A stretch of DNA of 64,000 bases, taken from contig JABWAS010000005.1 of NCBI GenBank assembly GCA_013360865.1, forward strand, positions 507 through 64,506. The letters run 5' to 3'. The number at the start of each line of letters is the position of its first letter. Position 1 is the stretch's first letter. Below are positions 1 to 9,040 of this stretch, piece by piece. The translations under genes and the position numbers were made by a program. The notes under the pieces were generated by a model, which saw only the letters and a list, made by a program, of their open reading frames with translations, had not been told where the DNA came from and did no database searches. The stretch comes from Candidatus Paceibacter sp. (GTDB taxonomy: Bacteria; Patescibacteriota; Minisyncoccia; UBA9983).

Positions 1-54
1 AAAAGGCCGTGGTTTACCTGAAAAAGGGGGAGAAAATAAATATCGCGTAATAAA

Positions 55-888
55 ATGAAATTTTTTAAGCCGACAACTCCATCAAGAAGGCAAATGTCAG
101 TGATATCTTATCGCGATGTTTTGACTCGTTCCAAACCGGAAAAAAGCCTGACGAAAGGATTTAAAAGAGGAACCGGCAGAAATTCCGCCGGCAGGATAAC
201 GGTAAGGCACAAGGGCGGCGGCGTTAAAAGGTGCTACCGCGAAATTGATTTCCGGCTGAACAAGAAAGAAATTCCCGCCGTGGTAAAATCCGTGGAATAC
301 GATCCGAACAGAAGCGGTTTCATCGGCCTGGTTACTTACGCCGACGGAGAGAAGAGATACGCTTTATTGCCGGTAGGATTGAGGCCGGGGGAGAAAATAA
401 TCGCTTCGGAAAACGCCGAGGTAAAATCGGGAAACCGTCTCCCGCTTAAAAAAATACCGGTCGGAACTTTCATATATAATATAGAAATATTGCCCAATTC
501 CGGCGCCAAACTGGTCCGGTCGGCCGGCAGTTTCGCCGAACTTTTGGCGCACGACGGCGGCTACGCTCTTTTGAAGATGCCTTCAACCGAAGTAAGGAAA
601 ATACCGGATTCCGCGTGGGCCAGCATCGGCCAGGTTTCCAACGAGGAATATAAGCTTAGAAATTTCGGAAAAGCCGGCCGCTCCAGGTGGCTTGGCATGA
701 GGCCGAAGGTCAGAGGCACCGCCATGAACCCGGTGGATCACCCGCTGGGCGGAGGAGAAGGCAGACAGCCGGCCGGCATGAGCAGGGTAAAGAACATGTG
801 GGGCAAGGGCATAAGAGGGGTAAAGACCAGAACGCCCAAAAAATATTCCAACGTATTCGTGGTTTCCAGAAGAAAGAAAAAGAAATAG
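55..888 (+). CDS. rplB: 50S ribosomal protein L2
   Basis: 277 aa; conserved L2 motifs (VRHKGGG, GRNxxGRIT); first gene of the r-protein run. Confidence 0.95.
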   Translation: MKFFKPTTPSRRQMSVISYRDVLTRSKPEKSLTKGFKRGTGRNSAGRITVRHKGGGVKRCYREIDFRLNKKEIPAVVKSVEYDPNRSGFIGLVTYADGEKRYALLPVGLRPGEKIIASENAEVKSGNRLPLKKIPVGTFIYNIEILPNSGAKLVRSAGSFAELLAHDGGYALLKMPSTEVRKIPDSAWASIGQVSNEEYKLRNFGKAGRSRWLGMRPKVRGTAMNPVDHPLGGGEGRQPAGMSRVKNMWGKGIRGVKTRTPKKYSNVFVVSRRKKKK

Positions 889-952
889 TAATGGCTTGGC
901 CTGAATTTTACGAGTTTTGCGAAGTAAAATTTAGTCGCCAAACATTACCCCG
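889..952 (+). repeat. ~64-bp intergenic repeat element, copy 1; starts at the stop codon of rplB
   Basis: TAATGGCTTGGCCTGAATTTTACGAGTTTTGCGAAGTAAAATTTAGTCGCCAAACATTACC recurs at 1378-1442 (about 97% identical) and in part on the minus strand at 58186-58224. Confidence 0.8.
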
Positions 953-1038
953 CACATAATTTATTAATATAGTTGCGTTGCGGGTAATTAAAAGATAAGG
1001 TAATATTTTGAAAATTATACAGAATTATTAGGCAAACA

Positions 1039-1380
1039 ATGAGCAGAAGTCTTAAAAAAGGTCCGTATATAGATCCCAAATTGCTTAAAAAAATAAGCGT
1101 TCTTAAACCTATGGACGGAACCGTCGTCAAAACCTGGTCGCGGGATTCCCAAATATCGCCGGAAATGATAGGTTTTACTTTCGGCGTTCATAACGGCAAA
1201 GACTTCATCCCCGTCACCATAACCGAAGAAATGATCGGCCACCGGCTCGGTGAGTTCAGTCCGACCAGGAAGTTCGTCAAGCACGGCGGCAAGATGCAGA
1301 GGGAAATAGAAGCCAAGAAAAAAGAGTCGGAAATAGCCGCGGCGCAAGCGGCCAAGGCGGCGCCGGCGGAAAAGAAGTAA
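1039..1380 (+). CDS. rpsS: 30S ribosomal protein S19 with Lys/Ala-rich C-terminal extension
   Basis: [12 protein letters not shown]... typical S19 N-terminus; 113 aa with [20 protein letters not shown] tail. Confidence 0.9.
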   Translation: MSRSLKKGPYIDPKLLKKISVLKPMDGTVVKTWSRDSQISPEMIGFTFGVHNGKDFIPVTITEEMIGHRLGEFSPTRKFVKHGGKMQREIEAKKKESEIAAAQAAKAAPAEKK

Positions 1381-1442
1381 TGGCTTGGCCTAAATTTTAC
1401 GAGTTTTGCGAAGTAAAATTTAGTCGCCAAACATTACCCGCC
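1378..1442 (+). repeat. ~64-bp intergenic repeat element, copy 2; starts at the stop codon of rpsS
   Basis: 62/64 identical to 889-952; followed by hairpin CCGCCTAAGTTTTTAGGCGG (1436-1458). Confidence 0.8.
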
Positions 1443-1579
1443 TAAGTTTTTAGGCGGATTGACAAAAGAAAAGTTTACAAGCGTTAAAAATTAAGTAGTA
1501 TATTAGAGTTATATTTAAACAAAAACTTGGGCGGGTGCGCAATTTTATAATTGCTCGCAGACTCGCAAACAAAATTGGC

Positions 1580-1915
1580 ATGAAAGAAGTAAAAGCACAA
1601 TTGAATAATTACCGCGCTTCTCCGAGAAAGGTGAGGGTTGTCGCCAATCTCGTCGCCGGCAAAAAAGTCAAAGACGCTCTGACGCAGCTTGCTTTTTTGG
1701 CCAAAAAATCATCAACTCCCGTTGCCAAGCTTATAAAATCTGCTATAAATAACGCGAAGAATAATTTTAAAGTCCAGAACGAAGACTCCTTAAGAGTCAA
1801 AAAGATAACCGTTGACCCCGGCCCGATTCTCAAGAGGATAAGACCCCGGTCAAGAGGCATGGCCAACAGAATCAACAAAAGAACAAGCCGGATAACAGTC
1901 GTTCTTTCCGAATAA
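1580..1915 (+). CDS. rplV: 50S ribosomal protein L22
   Basis: MKEVKAQLNNYRASPRKVRVVANLVAG matches L22 N-terminal region; the start was chosen at the internal Met of the tracked ORF 1535-1915. Confidence 0.85.
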   Translation: MKEVKAQLNNYRASPRKVRVVANLVAGKKVKDALTQLAFLAKKSSTPVAKLIKSAINNAKNNFKVQNEDSLRVKKITVDPGPILKRIRPRSRGMANRINKRTSRITVVLSE

Positions 1916-1920
1916 TTACC

Positions 1921-2577
1921 ATGAGTAAAACAGTCCATCCATATTCATTCAGGCTCGGCATATTGCGAAATTGGAGGTCGCGCTGGTTCAGTCCGGGCAA
2001 ATATCGCTTCTTGCTCAAAGCGGACGTCTTGGTGCGGGAGAGTTTGGAAAAATCATTGAGAGGAATGTTCGTTGAGGGCATAGAAATAGAAAGGACCCCG
2101 GCGGTGTTCCACGTGATAATCAAAACTTCCCGACCCGGTTTGCTCATCGGCAGAAAAGGCGAGGGAACGGAAAAGATAAAGGCCCAAATACTGAAAATGG
2201 TAAAAAAAATCGGCGGCGAGATGCCCAAAGAGCTGAAGCTTACCGTGGAGGAAGTTCCGCATCCTGATTCCAGCGCCAAGATTTTGTCCCAGATGGCCGC
2301 GGAAAGCCTTGAGAAAAGAACGCCGTTCCGCCGGGTGATGAAGCAGACAATTGAGAAAGGAATGGCCAGCCCCGCGGTCAAGGGCGTCAAGGTGGCGATG
2401 TCAGGCCGGTTGGACGGTTCCGAAATGGGCCGGCGGGAGTGGTTGCGCAAAGGCAGGATACCGCTTCAGACGCTCCGCGCGGACATAGATTTCGCCAGAG
2501 AAAAAGCCCATTTGCCTTACGGCGACATCGGCATAAAGGTCTGGGTTTATAAGGGCGAGAAATTTGCCGAAAAATAA
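1921..2577 (+). CDS. rpsC: 30S ribosomal protein S3
   Basis: 218 aa; KH domain-like region GLLIGRKGEG; position after rplV. Confidence 0.95.
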   Translation: MSKTVHPYSFRLGILRNWRSRWFSPGKYRFLLKADVLVRESLEKSLRGMFVEGIEIERTPAVFHVIIKTSRPGLLIGRKGEGTEKIKAQILKMVKKIGGEMPKELKLTVEEVPHPDSSAKILSQMAAESLEKRTPFRRVMKQTIEKGMASPAVKGVKVAMSGRLDGSEMGRREWLRKGRIPLQTLRADIDFAREKAHLPYGDIGIKVWVYKGEKFAEK

Positions 2578-2579
2578 CC

Positions 2580-2996
2580 ATGTATTTTCCCAAAAAAGTA
2601 AAATATAGAAAATGGCACCGGATGAGGGAGAACCCTCTGAAGAAAAAACTGGCCACCAGGGGAAACGAACTTGATTTCGGCTCTTTCGGACTGATGGCGC
2701 AGGAAGCCCAGGAGATAAAGTCCAACCAGCTGGAGGCCGCCAGGAAGACGATGGCCCGTTTTACCCAAAATGCCGGAAAAATCTGGATCAGAATTTTCGC
2801 CGACATGCCCATTACCAGAAAACCGCTTGAAGTGGGTATGGGTAAAGGCAAAGGAGATCCGGCGTTCTTCGTTTCCAGGGTCAGGCCGGGCACGGTGATA
2901 TTTGAGATTGACGGTCTGGGCGAGGAGCAAAGCCGCGAAGCTTTGAGAAAAGGAGCTTCAAAATTGCCGGTGAAAACAAAAATTATCAGTAGATAA
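2580..2996 (+). CDS. rplP: 50S ribosomal protein L16
   Basis: 138 aa; MYFPKKVKYRK... L16 start; conserved GKGKGDPAFFV. Confidence 0.95.
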   Translation: MYFPKKVKYRKWHRMRENPLKKKLATRGNELDFGSFGLMAQEAQEIKSNQLEAARKTMARFTQNAGKIWIRIFADMPITRKPLEVGMGKGKGDPAFFVSRVRPGTVIFEIDGLGEEQSREALRKGASKLPVKTKIISR

Positions 2997-3121
2997 TTTT
3001 TGTAAATCCGAAACAATATCAAAAATTAAAATCCAAATGACAAAAAGTTTAAAATTTAAAATTTAAAAAATTAGAATTTGTTTCGAATTTCGATATTAGG
3101 ATTTAGAATTTAATTAAAGTT

Positions 3122-3355
3122 ATGCCAAAGAAAAAATTAAAAGGAATAGTGGTATCCGACGCGATGGAAAAGACCGTGGTTGTTTCCGTTGACCGCTACG
3201 TCAAACATCCCAAATACAAAAAATATCTGAAAAGAAGCAAAAGATACAAAGCCCACGATGAGAAGGAACAATACAACGTCGGGGACAAGGTCGTAATTCA
3301 GGAATGCAGACCGCTTTCAAAAGACAAACACTTTGAAGTGACGGGAAAAATTTAA
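3122..3355 (+). CDS. rpsQ: 30S ribosomal protein S17
   Basis: 77 aa; LKGIVVSDAMEKTVVVSVDRYVKHPKYKKY typical S17. No L29 ORF fits in the 125-bp gap upstream. Confidence 0.9.
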   Translation: MPKKKLKGIVVSDAMEKTVVVSVDRYVKHPKYKKYLKRSKRYKAHDEKEQYNVGDKVVIQECRPLSKDKHFEVTGKI

Positions 3356-3359
3356 TTTT

Positions 3360-3731
3360 ATGATCCAACTTAGAACAATGGTGAATATCGCCGACAATAC
3401 CGGAGCGAAACTGGCCCAGGTATTTCAGGTATTGGGCGGCAGCAAAAGAAGATACGCCCGGATAGGGGATATCGTCGTCGTTTCCATAAAAGCCGCCGAG
3501 CCGCGCAAACAGGTCAAGAAAAAAGAAGTTCATCACGCTCTGGTCGTGCGCCAGAGAAACCCGTATCGCAGAAAAGACGGCTCTTACGTCCGCTTTGACG
3601 ACAACGCCATTGTTATTTTGGACAAAGCCAAGCACGAGCCGCTGGGAGGGAGAGTTTTCGGGCCCATTCCGAGAGAAATCCAGGAAAGGGGCTACTCCCA
3701 AATTATTTCTTTGGCGCCGGAAGTGGTGTAA
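3360..3731 (+). CDS. rplN: 50S ribosomal protein L14
   Basis: 123 aa; MIQLRTMVNIADNTGAK typical L14. Confidence 0.95.
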   Translation: MIQLRTMVNIADNTGAKLAQVFQVLGGSKRRYARIGDIVVVSIKAAEPRKQVKKKEVHHALVVRQRNPYRRKDGSYVRFDDNAIVILDKAKHEPLGGRVFGPIPREIQERGYSQIISLAPEVV

Positions 3732-3837
3732 GTTCCCGCGCTTCGCTTGGTCAAAATAAAAAATTAAAAATAAAATCTAAAAATAGATAAGGAAAAATAA
3801 GATTTTAAATTTTAGATATAAGATTTTAGATCGAAAC

Positions 3838-4143
3838 ATGATTATTAAAAAAGGAGATACGGTAAAAATATTGTCCGGAAAAGACCGGGGTAAAACGGGG
3901 AAAGTTTCTTCCGCCTTGCCCAAATACGGAAAAATACTGGTTGAGGGCGTCAATATCCGGAAGAAGCATTTAAGGCCGAGAAAGCAAGGGCAGAAAGGAC
4001 AGGTCGCCCAGATTGCTTTCCCCATTTCCGCGTCCGCGGCCATGATTGTCTGCAAAGCCTGCGGCAAACCGGCCAGAGCCGGCCAGAAAATGATCGGCGC
4101 CAAGAAAGTCAGGGTTTGCAAGAAGTGCGGAGGCGAGATGTAG
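3838..4143 (+). CDS. rplX: 50S ribosomal protein L24 with C-terminal CxxC..CxxC zinc-ribbon-like extension
   Basis: KOW motif GDTVKILSGKDRGKTGKV; C-terminus CKACGKP...VCKKCGG. Confidence 0.85.
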   Translation: MIIKKGDTVKILSGKDRGKTGKVSSALPKYGKILVEGVNIRKKHLRPRKQGQKGQVAQIAFPISASAAMIVCKACGKPARAGQKMIGAKKVRVCKKCGGEM

Positions 4144-4235
4144 AAAGGCGGGCGAAAGTTGCAAAAAAGCCGGAATTATGTTAGTTAAATAGGGTTGCCG
4201 AAACAAAATTAAGGCCGTTGAAGTTGAATTTTAAA

Positions 4236-4772
4236 ATGAAAAACATCAAAGAAAAATACGAAAAGAACGCCGTTCCGGAGCTGAAGAAAAAATTCGGCTA
4301 TAAAAACATACTTGCCGTTCCCAAAATAAAGAAAGTGGTGGTCAGCGCCGGCGTCGGCTCCTACAAGGATGAAACAAAAAAAGAACTGACCGGAAAATCT
4401 TTGGCGACCATAACCGGGCAGAAGCCGCTCGTCAACAAAGCCAAGAAGTCAATCGCTTCCTTCAAGCTGAGGCAGGGGATGCCGATAGGCTACTCCGTCA
4501 CCCTGCGCGGCAATAGAATGTATGATTTTTTGGAGAAGCTTGTAAACGTGGCGGTGCCCAGAATCAGGGACTTCCGCGGGCTTGATCCGAAAGCGATAGA
4601 CCACAAAGGTTCGATGACGATAGGCTTCAAAGAGCACATCGCTTTTCCGGAAACAGCCGGGGAAGACGTGCGGTCGGCGTTCGGGCTGGGAGTAACGGTG
4701 GTGTCCAGCGCCAAAAGCAAAGAAGAAGCGGCGGAATTATTTAAACTCGTAGGTTTTCCGTTTAAGGTATAA
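4236..4772 (+). CDS. rplE: 50S ribosomal protein L5
   Basis: [37 protein letters not shown] matches L5. Start chosen at the internal Met; the tracked ORF begins at 4218. Confidence 0.9.
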   Translation: MKNIKEKYEKNAVPELKKKFGYKNILAVPKIKKVVVSAGVGSYKDETKKELTGKSLATITGQKPLVNKAKKSIASFKLRQGMPIGYSVTLRGNRMYDFLEKLVNVAVPRIRDFRGLDPKAIDHKGSMTIGFKEHIAFPETAGEDVRSAFGLGVTVVSSAKSKEEAAELFKLVGFPFKV

Positions 4773-4786
4773 TATATATCAACGAC

Positions 4787-4972
4787 ATGGCAAAAACATC
4801 AGTAATAGCAAGATCAAAAAAAGCGCCCAAATACAAATCCCGAGTGGTCAGACGGTGTTTCCGCTGCGGCAGAAAAAGGGGTTATATGAGGGATTTTGAC
4901 TTGTGCAGAATCTGCTTCCGCGAACTGGCCAACGAAGGCATGATCCCCGGAGTTAAGAAATCATCGTGGTAA
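4787..4972 (+). CDS. rpsZ: 30S ribosomal protein S14, zinc-binding type Z
   Basis: 61 aa with CFRCGRK...CRIC four-cysteine motif; position between rplE and rpsH. Confidence 0.9.
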   Translation: MAKTSVIARSKKAPKYKSRVVRRCFRCGRKRGYMRDFDLCRICFRELANEGMIPGVKKSSW

Positions 4973-4976
4973 AAAT

Positions 4977-5366
4977 ATGGATACAATAGCTAACATGTTG
5001 ACTTTAATAAGAAACGCCCAGACAGCCGGCAAACATACGGTTTCTGTTCCTTATTCCAAAATAAAAATGGCCATAGCCGAAATTTTGACGAAAGAGAATT
5101 TCATCAAAGAAGCCGACCATAAGGGCAAGAAAACGAAAAAGACCATAGATATAATTTTAAATTACGGCGATTCCGGCAAGCCCGCCATCAACAGCATTAA
5201 AAGGGTGTCAAAACCGTCCAGGAGGATTTACGTTCCGGCTGGGAAAATAAGGCCGGTCAGAAACGGTCTGGGAATCCAGATATTGTCCACCTCCGGCGGA
5301 GTTATGACCGGCAAAGAGGCGAAGGAGAAGAAGGTCGGGGGCGAAGTTTTGTGCGAAGTTTTTTAA
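4977..5366 (+). CDS. rpsH: 30S ribosomal protein S8
   Basis: MDTIANMLTLIRNA typical S8 N-terminus; 129 aa. Confidence 0.95.
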   Translation: MDTIANMLTLIRNAQTAGKHTVSVPYSKIKMAIAEILTKENFIKEADHKGKKTKKTIDIILNYGDSGKPAINSIKRVSKPSRRIYVPAGKIRPVRNGLGIQILSTSGGVMTGKEAKEKKVGGEVLCEVF

Positions 5367-5374
5367 TTTATAAC

Positions 5375-5920
5375 ATGAGCCACATAGGAAAAAAAGAAAT
5401 AATAATACCGGAAAAAGTGGAAATGTCTTTGAAAGACGGGGTTGTTTCCGTTAAGGGTCCGCTTGGGGAGATAAAAAAAGATTTTAAAACCGATGACGTG
5501 ACCATCGCGATTGAAAATAAGACCGTTTCCTTCAAACTCAAGAAAAATCCCAAAAATAAAGCCATGTGGGGGACCTGCGCGGCTTATGTAAATAACATGA
5601 TAAAAGGTGTCACGGCCGGTTTTGAGAAAAAACTGACCATAGAAGGTATAGGCTATAAGGCACAGACGGAAGGCAACAAACTTTCTTTGACTGTCGGATT
5701 GTCGCACCCTGTAAAATTGGATATCCCGGAAGGCGTAAAGGTGAAAGTGGAGAAAAACCTTATAAGCGTAACCGGTTTTGACAAGGATAAGGTCGGGCAG
5801 TTTTCCGCCGATGTCAGGGCAGTCAAAAAACCGGAGCCGTACAAAGGGACCGGCATCAAATACGAAAACGAAGTTATCAGAAGAAAGGCCGGCAAGAAGG
5901 CGGCCACGGCGGCAGCGTAG
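5375..5920 (+). CDS. rplF: 50S ribosomal protein L6
   Basis: MSHIGKKEIIIPEKVE... L6-like start (internal Met of tracked ORF 5351-5920); two L6 repeats. Confidence 0.9.
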   Translation: MSHIGKKEIIIPEKVEMSLKDGVVSVKGPLGEIKKDFKTDDVTIAIENKTVSFKLKKNPKNKAMWGTCAAYVNNMIKGVTAGFEKKLTIEGIGYKAQTEGNKLSLTVGLSHPVKLDIPEGVKVKVEKNLISVTGFDKDKVGQFSADVRAVKKPEPYKGTGIKYENEVIRRKAGKKAATAAA

Positions 5921-5963
5921 TAATAGGAGTCAGTGGTTAGCCACTAGCCACTAGTAAAAATTC

Positions 5964-6308
5964 ATGAAAAGATTAATTTCAAAAAAAGAAATAAGGCACA
6001 AAAGAATAAGGGCTAAAATCGCCGGAACGGCGGCTAAGCCCCGCCTTTCCGTTTTCCGTTCCAACAGGCATATTTTCGCCCAGCTTATAGACGACGAAAA
6101 GGGCGTCACTTTGGTTTCGGCGGGCGATTTAAAGAAGGGAAGCAAGGTCAAAAAAACCGATTCGGCTAAAAACGTCGGTCTGGAACTGGCCAAAGCGGCC
6201 AAGGCCAAAAAAATAGAAGCGGTTATGTTTGACAGGGGCGGTTTCAGATACCACGGCAGGGTCAGAGCCGTGGCCGAAGGAGCCCGCGAAGGCGGATTGA
6301 AGTTTTAA
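5964..6308 (+). CDS. rplR: 50S ribosomal protein L18
   Basis: 114 aa; [18 protein letters not shown] typical L18. Confidence 0.9.
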   Translation: MKRLISKKEIRHKRIRAKIAGTAAKPRLSVFRSNRHIFAQLIDDEKGVTLVSAGDLKKGSKVKKTDSAKNVGLELAKAAKAKKIEAVMFDRGGFRYHGRVRAVAEGAREGGLKF

Positions 6309-6320
6309 TTTTATAAAAAA

Positions 6321-6791
6321 ATGAGCAGACCAAGCAAATTCGGCAGAATGGGCGAAAGAGCGAAAAGCGATTTTGACCAAAAAATAATAGACATAAGGCG
6401 CGTGGCCAGAGTCACCAAAGGAGGAAAGCGGTTTAATTTCCGCGTCACCATCGTGGCCGGCAACAGGAAAGGGGAAGTGGGTGTGGGCATGGGCAAAGGA
6501 TCGGACACCTCCATGGCCATAGAAAAAGCTTTCCGCGTGGCCAAGAAGAATATCATCAAGCCTAAGCTTACGAAAGAATTTTCCATCCCTTGCGAGCTTG
6601 AGAACAAATACGCCAGCAGCCGCGTGGTTGTCCGGCCGGCGAAAGGCCGGGGACTGGTGGCCGGAAGCTCAGCCCGGACGGTGCTGGAGTTGGCGGGGAT
6701 AAAAGACGTCAACGCCAAGTTTTATTCCCGAAGCAAAAACAAGGTCAACAACGCCATGGCGGTGCTCGGAGCGCTGGGCAAGCTTTCCTAA
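6321..6791 (+). CDS. rpsE: 30S ribosomal protein S5
   Basis: 156 aa; RVARVTKGGKRFNFRVTIVAGN and GRGLVAG motifs. rplO follows 5 bp later, so no rpmD (L30). Confidence 0.95.
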   Translation: MSRPSKFGRMGERAKSDFDQKIIDIRRVARVTKGGKRFNFRVTIVAGNRKGEVGVGMGKGSDTSMAIEKAFRVAKKNIIKPKLTKEFSIPCELENKYASSRVVVRPAKGRGLVAGSSARTVLELAGIKDVNAKFYSRSKNKVNNAMAVLGALGKLS

Positions 6792-6795
6792 AAAT

Positions 6796-7233
6796 ATGCA
6801 AACAAACCAATTAAAACCGAATACAAGAAACAAGAAGGCCAAATACATCGGGCGCGGCGGCAAAAGGGGTACCTACTCCGGCCGGGGCATCAAAGGCCAG
6901 AAAGCCAGAGCCGGCAGAAAGTTGCGTCCGGAAATAAGGGACCTGATTAAAAAGCTGCCTAAGAAAAGAGGTTATAGATTTACGGTTTTTCAGGAAAAAC
7001 CGGCGGTGCTGAACCTGGAAGTCGTCAATAAGTTTTTCAACGACAACGATCAGGTTAATCCTCAAGCCATGGCGGACAAAGGATTGATTAGGAACATCGG
7101 AGGAAAAATTCCTGCGGTAAAGATTCTCGGCAAGGGAGAAATAACCAAAAAAGTTTCCGTATCCGGTTGTCTGATTTCGGAATCGGCCAAAGCTAAACTG
7201 GAAAAAGCCGGCGCCAAGTATTCCAATGCTTAA
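6796..7233 (+). CDS. rplO: 50S ribosomal protein L15
   Basis: 145 aa; glycine/arginine-rich N-terminus GRGGKRGTYSGRG typical L15. Confidence 0.9.
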   Translation: MQTNQLKPNTRNKKAKYIGRGGKRGTYSGRGIKGQKARAGRKLRPEIRDLIKKLPKKRGYRFTVFQEKPAVLNLEVVNKFFNDNDQVNPQAMADKGLIRNIGGKIPAVKILGKGEITKKVSVSGCLISESAKAKLEKAGAKYSNA

Positions 7234-8488
7234 CAGAATAAAAATAATCCTGAAAGACAAAGAATTGCGCAAAAAGATTTTGTTCGTTCTTTTTATGCTC
7301 GCGCTGTTCAGAATCGGCTCCAACATCCCCCTTCCGGGAGTGGACCAGGAAAGGTTGAGCGCGTTTTTGTCCGGCAACCAGTTCTTCGGTTTGCTGGATG
7401 TTTTTTCCGGAGGAGGACTTTCCAATCTTTCCATACTAATGCTGGGCGTGGCGCCTTACATCACCGCTTCCATCATAATGCAGCTGTTTACCATGATTTT
7501 CCCCAAACTCAAAGCGTTGTATCAGGAGGAAGGGGAGGCGGGTAGACAGAAGTTCAACCAGTACTCCAGGCTGCTGGCGGTGCCGCTGGGATTTTTGCAG
7601 GGTTTTGGTCTTCTGGCGATGCTGCAGAATCAGGGCGTGCTTACCGGCCTTACTTTTATGGATAAATTTACCAATATTTCCGTGATGATAGCCGGCAGTA
7701 TGGTGTTGTTGTGGCTGGGCGAGCTTATTTCGGAAAAAGGCATAGGCAACGGAGTTTCGCTTATAATATTTGCCGGAATCGTGTCGTCTTTGCCGCAAAG
7801 CATCAGAAACGCGCTGTATACGTTTGACCCGTCCCAGTTGCCGATGTACGTCATGTTTTTGGCCGCCGCGTTCGCTGTAGTCGCCGGAGTGGTGTTTATA
7901 ACCGAGGCGGAAAGGCCGGTGCCCGTTTCTTACGCCAAGCAAGTAAGAGGCGCGCGAATGTATGGCGGAGGCTCAACCAGAATACCATTGAGAGTCAATC
8001 AGGCGGGTGTTATACCCATAATCTTTGCCATCTCCATACTTCTTTTCCCGCAGATGATCGTTAACATGTTGGCGGGGTTGGGCGGCGGACAGGTCGCGGC
8101 TTTGGCCGGGCAGGTGGTTAATTTCATCAACAGCCCCTGGGTTTACGGAACGCTTTATTTTATCCTGGTTTTCTTCTTCACTTATTTTTACACCGCCGTC
8201 ACTTTTGATCCGCACATGATTTCTGAAAATTTACAGAAGGGAGGCGCTTTCGTGCCGGGCATTCGGCCGGGTCGGCCGACGGCGGAATTTCTGGGCAGGA
8301 TAATCACCAGAATCACCCTTGTCGGCGCCGTGTTTCTGGGAATAATCGCCATCCTTCCATTGGCGGTGAAATCTTTGACGGGAATCGCGTCGCTGGCCAT
8401 AGGCGGCACCGCGTTGCTGATCGTGGTTTCCGTTGTTCTGGAAACGGCCAAACAGATAGAAGCCCAGGTGGTGATGAAGGAATACTAA
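7226..8488 (+). CDS. secY: preprotein translocase subunit SecY
   Basis: 420 aa polytopic membrane protein; SecY signature regions (GISLIIFAGIV, TRIPLRVNQAGVIPIIFA). Confidence 0.95.
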   Translation: MLNRIKIILKDKELRKKILFVLFMLALFRIGSNIPLPGVDQERLSAFLSGNQFFGLLDVFSGGGLSNLSILMLGVAPYITASIIMQLFTMIFPKLKALYQEEGEAGRQKFNQYSRLLAVPLGFLQGFGLLAMLQNQGVLTGLTFMDKFTNISVMIAGSMVLLWLGELISEKGIGNGVSLIIFAGIVSSLPQSIRNALYTFDPSQLPMYVMFLAAAFAVVAGVVFITEAERPVPVSYAKQVRGARMYGGGSTRIPLRVNQAGVIPIIFAISILLFPQMIVNMLAGLGGGQVAALAGQVVNFINSPWVYGTLYFILVFFFTYFYTAVTFDPHMISENLQKGGAFVPGIRPGRPTAEFLGRIITRITLVGAVFLGIIAILPLAVKSLTGIASLAIGGTALLIVVSVVLETAKQIEAQVVMKEY

Positions 8489-8502
8489 GAAAACTCAAAA
8501 TT

Positions 8503-8532
8503 TTGGAAATCCGCCTTAAGGCGGATTTTGTG
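8503..8532 (+). terminator. rho-independent terminator after secY
   Basis: GGAAATCCGCCTTAAGGCGGATTTTGTG: 9-bp stem hairpin followed by a T-run. Confidence 0.6.
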
Positions 8533-8665
8533 TTAAAAGTTGCGTTGATATTAGTTGAAATGTTAAAATGGAAAAAACGAAAGGCAAGCGCCGTTTAATA
8601 AAAAATTAACGAAACGGGTGGGGTAAGAATAGCCTATTAGGAGAAAAATAAACCAAAAATAAATT

Positions 8666-9040
8666 ATGACGAAACAAAATCAAATTTACAAATGCGAAGT
8701 TTGCGGCGGATTGCTGGAAGTGCTGGTTTCCGGCGGGGAAGACCTGATTTGTTGCGGAGAAAAAATGAAGCTGCTTGAAGAGAAAACCGAAGACGTCGGC
8801 AGAGAAAAGCACGTGCCGGTGATAGAAAAAACCGCCAACGGAATCAAGGTCAAAGTGGGCGCGGCTCCGCATCCTATGGAGGAAAAGCATTACATCCAGT
8901 TTATAGAGGTTATTTACAACGGCAGAAGCTATAAGAAGTTTTTGAAGCCGGGCGACAAACCGGAAGCGGAGTTTGAAGTTCCGGCCGAAGGCGTCGTCGC
9001 CAGGGAACATTGCAACATCCACGGGCTTTGGAAATCATAA
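8666..9040 (+). CDS. dfx: desulfoferrodoxin (2Fe superoxide reductase)
   Basis: N-terminal desulforedoxin Cys4 site (CEVCGG...LICCG). C-terminal neelaredoxin His4Cys ligands ([24 protein letters not shown]). 124 aa. Confidence 0.8.
   Translation: MTKQNQIYKCEVCGGLLEVLVSGGEDLICCGEKMKLLEEKTEDVGREKHVPVIEKTANGIKVKVGAAPHPMEEKHYIQFIEVIYNGRSYKKFLKPGDKPEAEFEVPAEGVVAREHCNIHGLWKS

Noticed and set aside
364-8498. Numerous antisense and overlapping ORFs inside the ribosomal protein and secY genes (e.g. 364-552 minus, 1015-1347 minus, 1872-2450 minus, 2387-3022 minus, 6811-7434 minus, 7436-7942 minus)
   Set aside because: They overlap well-supported conserved genes on the opposite strand or frame, have no motifs, and show low-complexity translations; treated as spurious.
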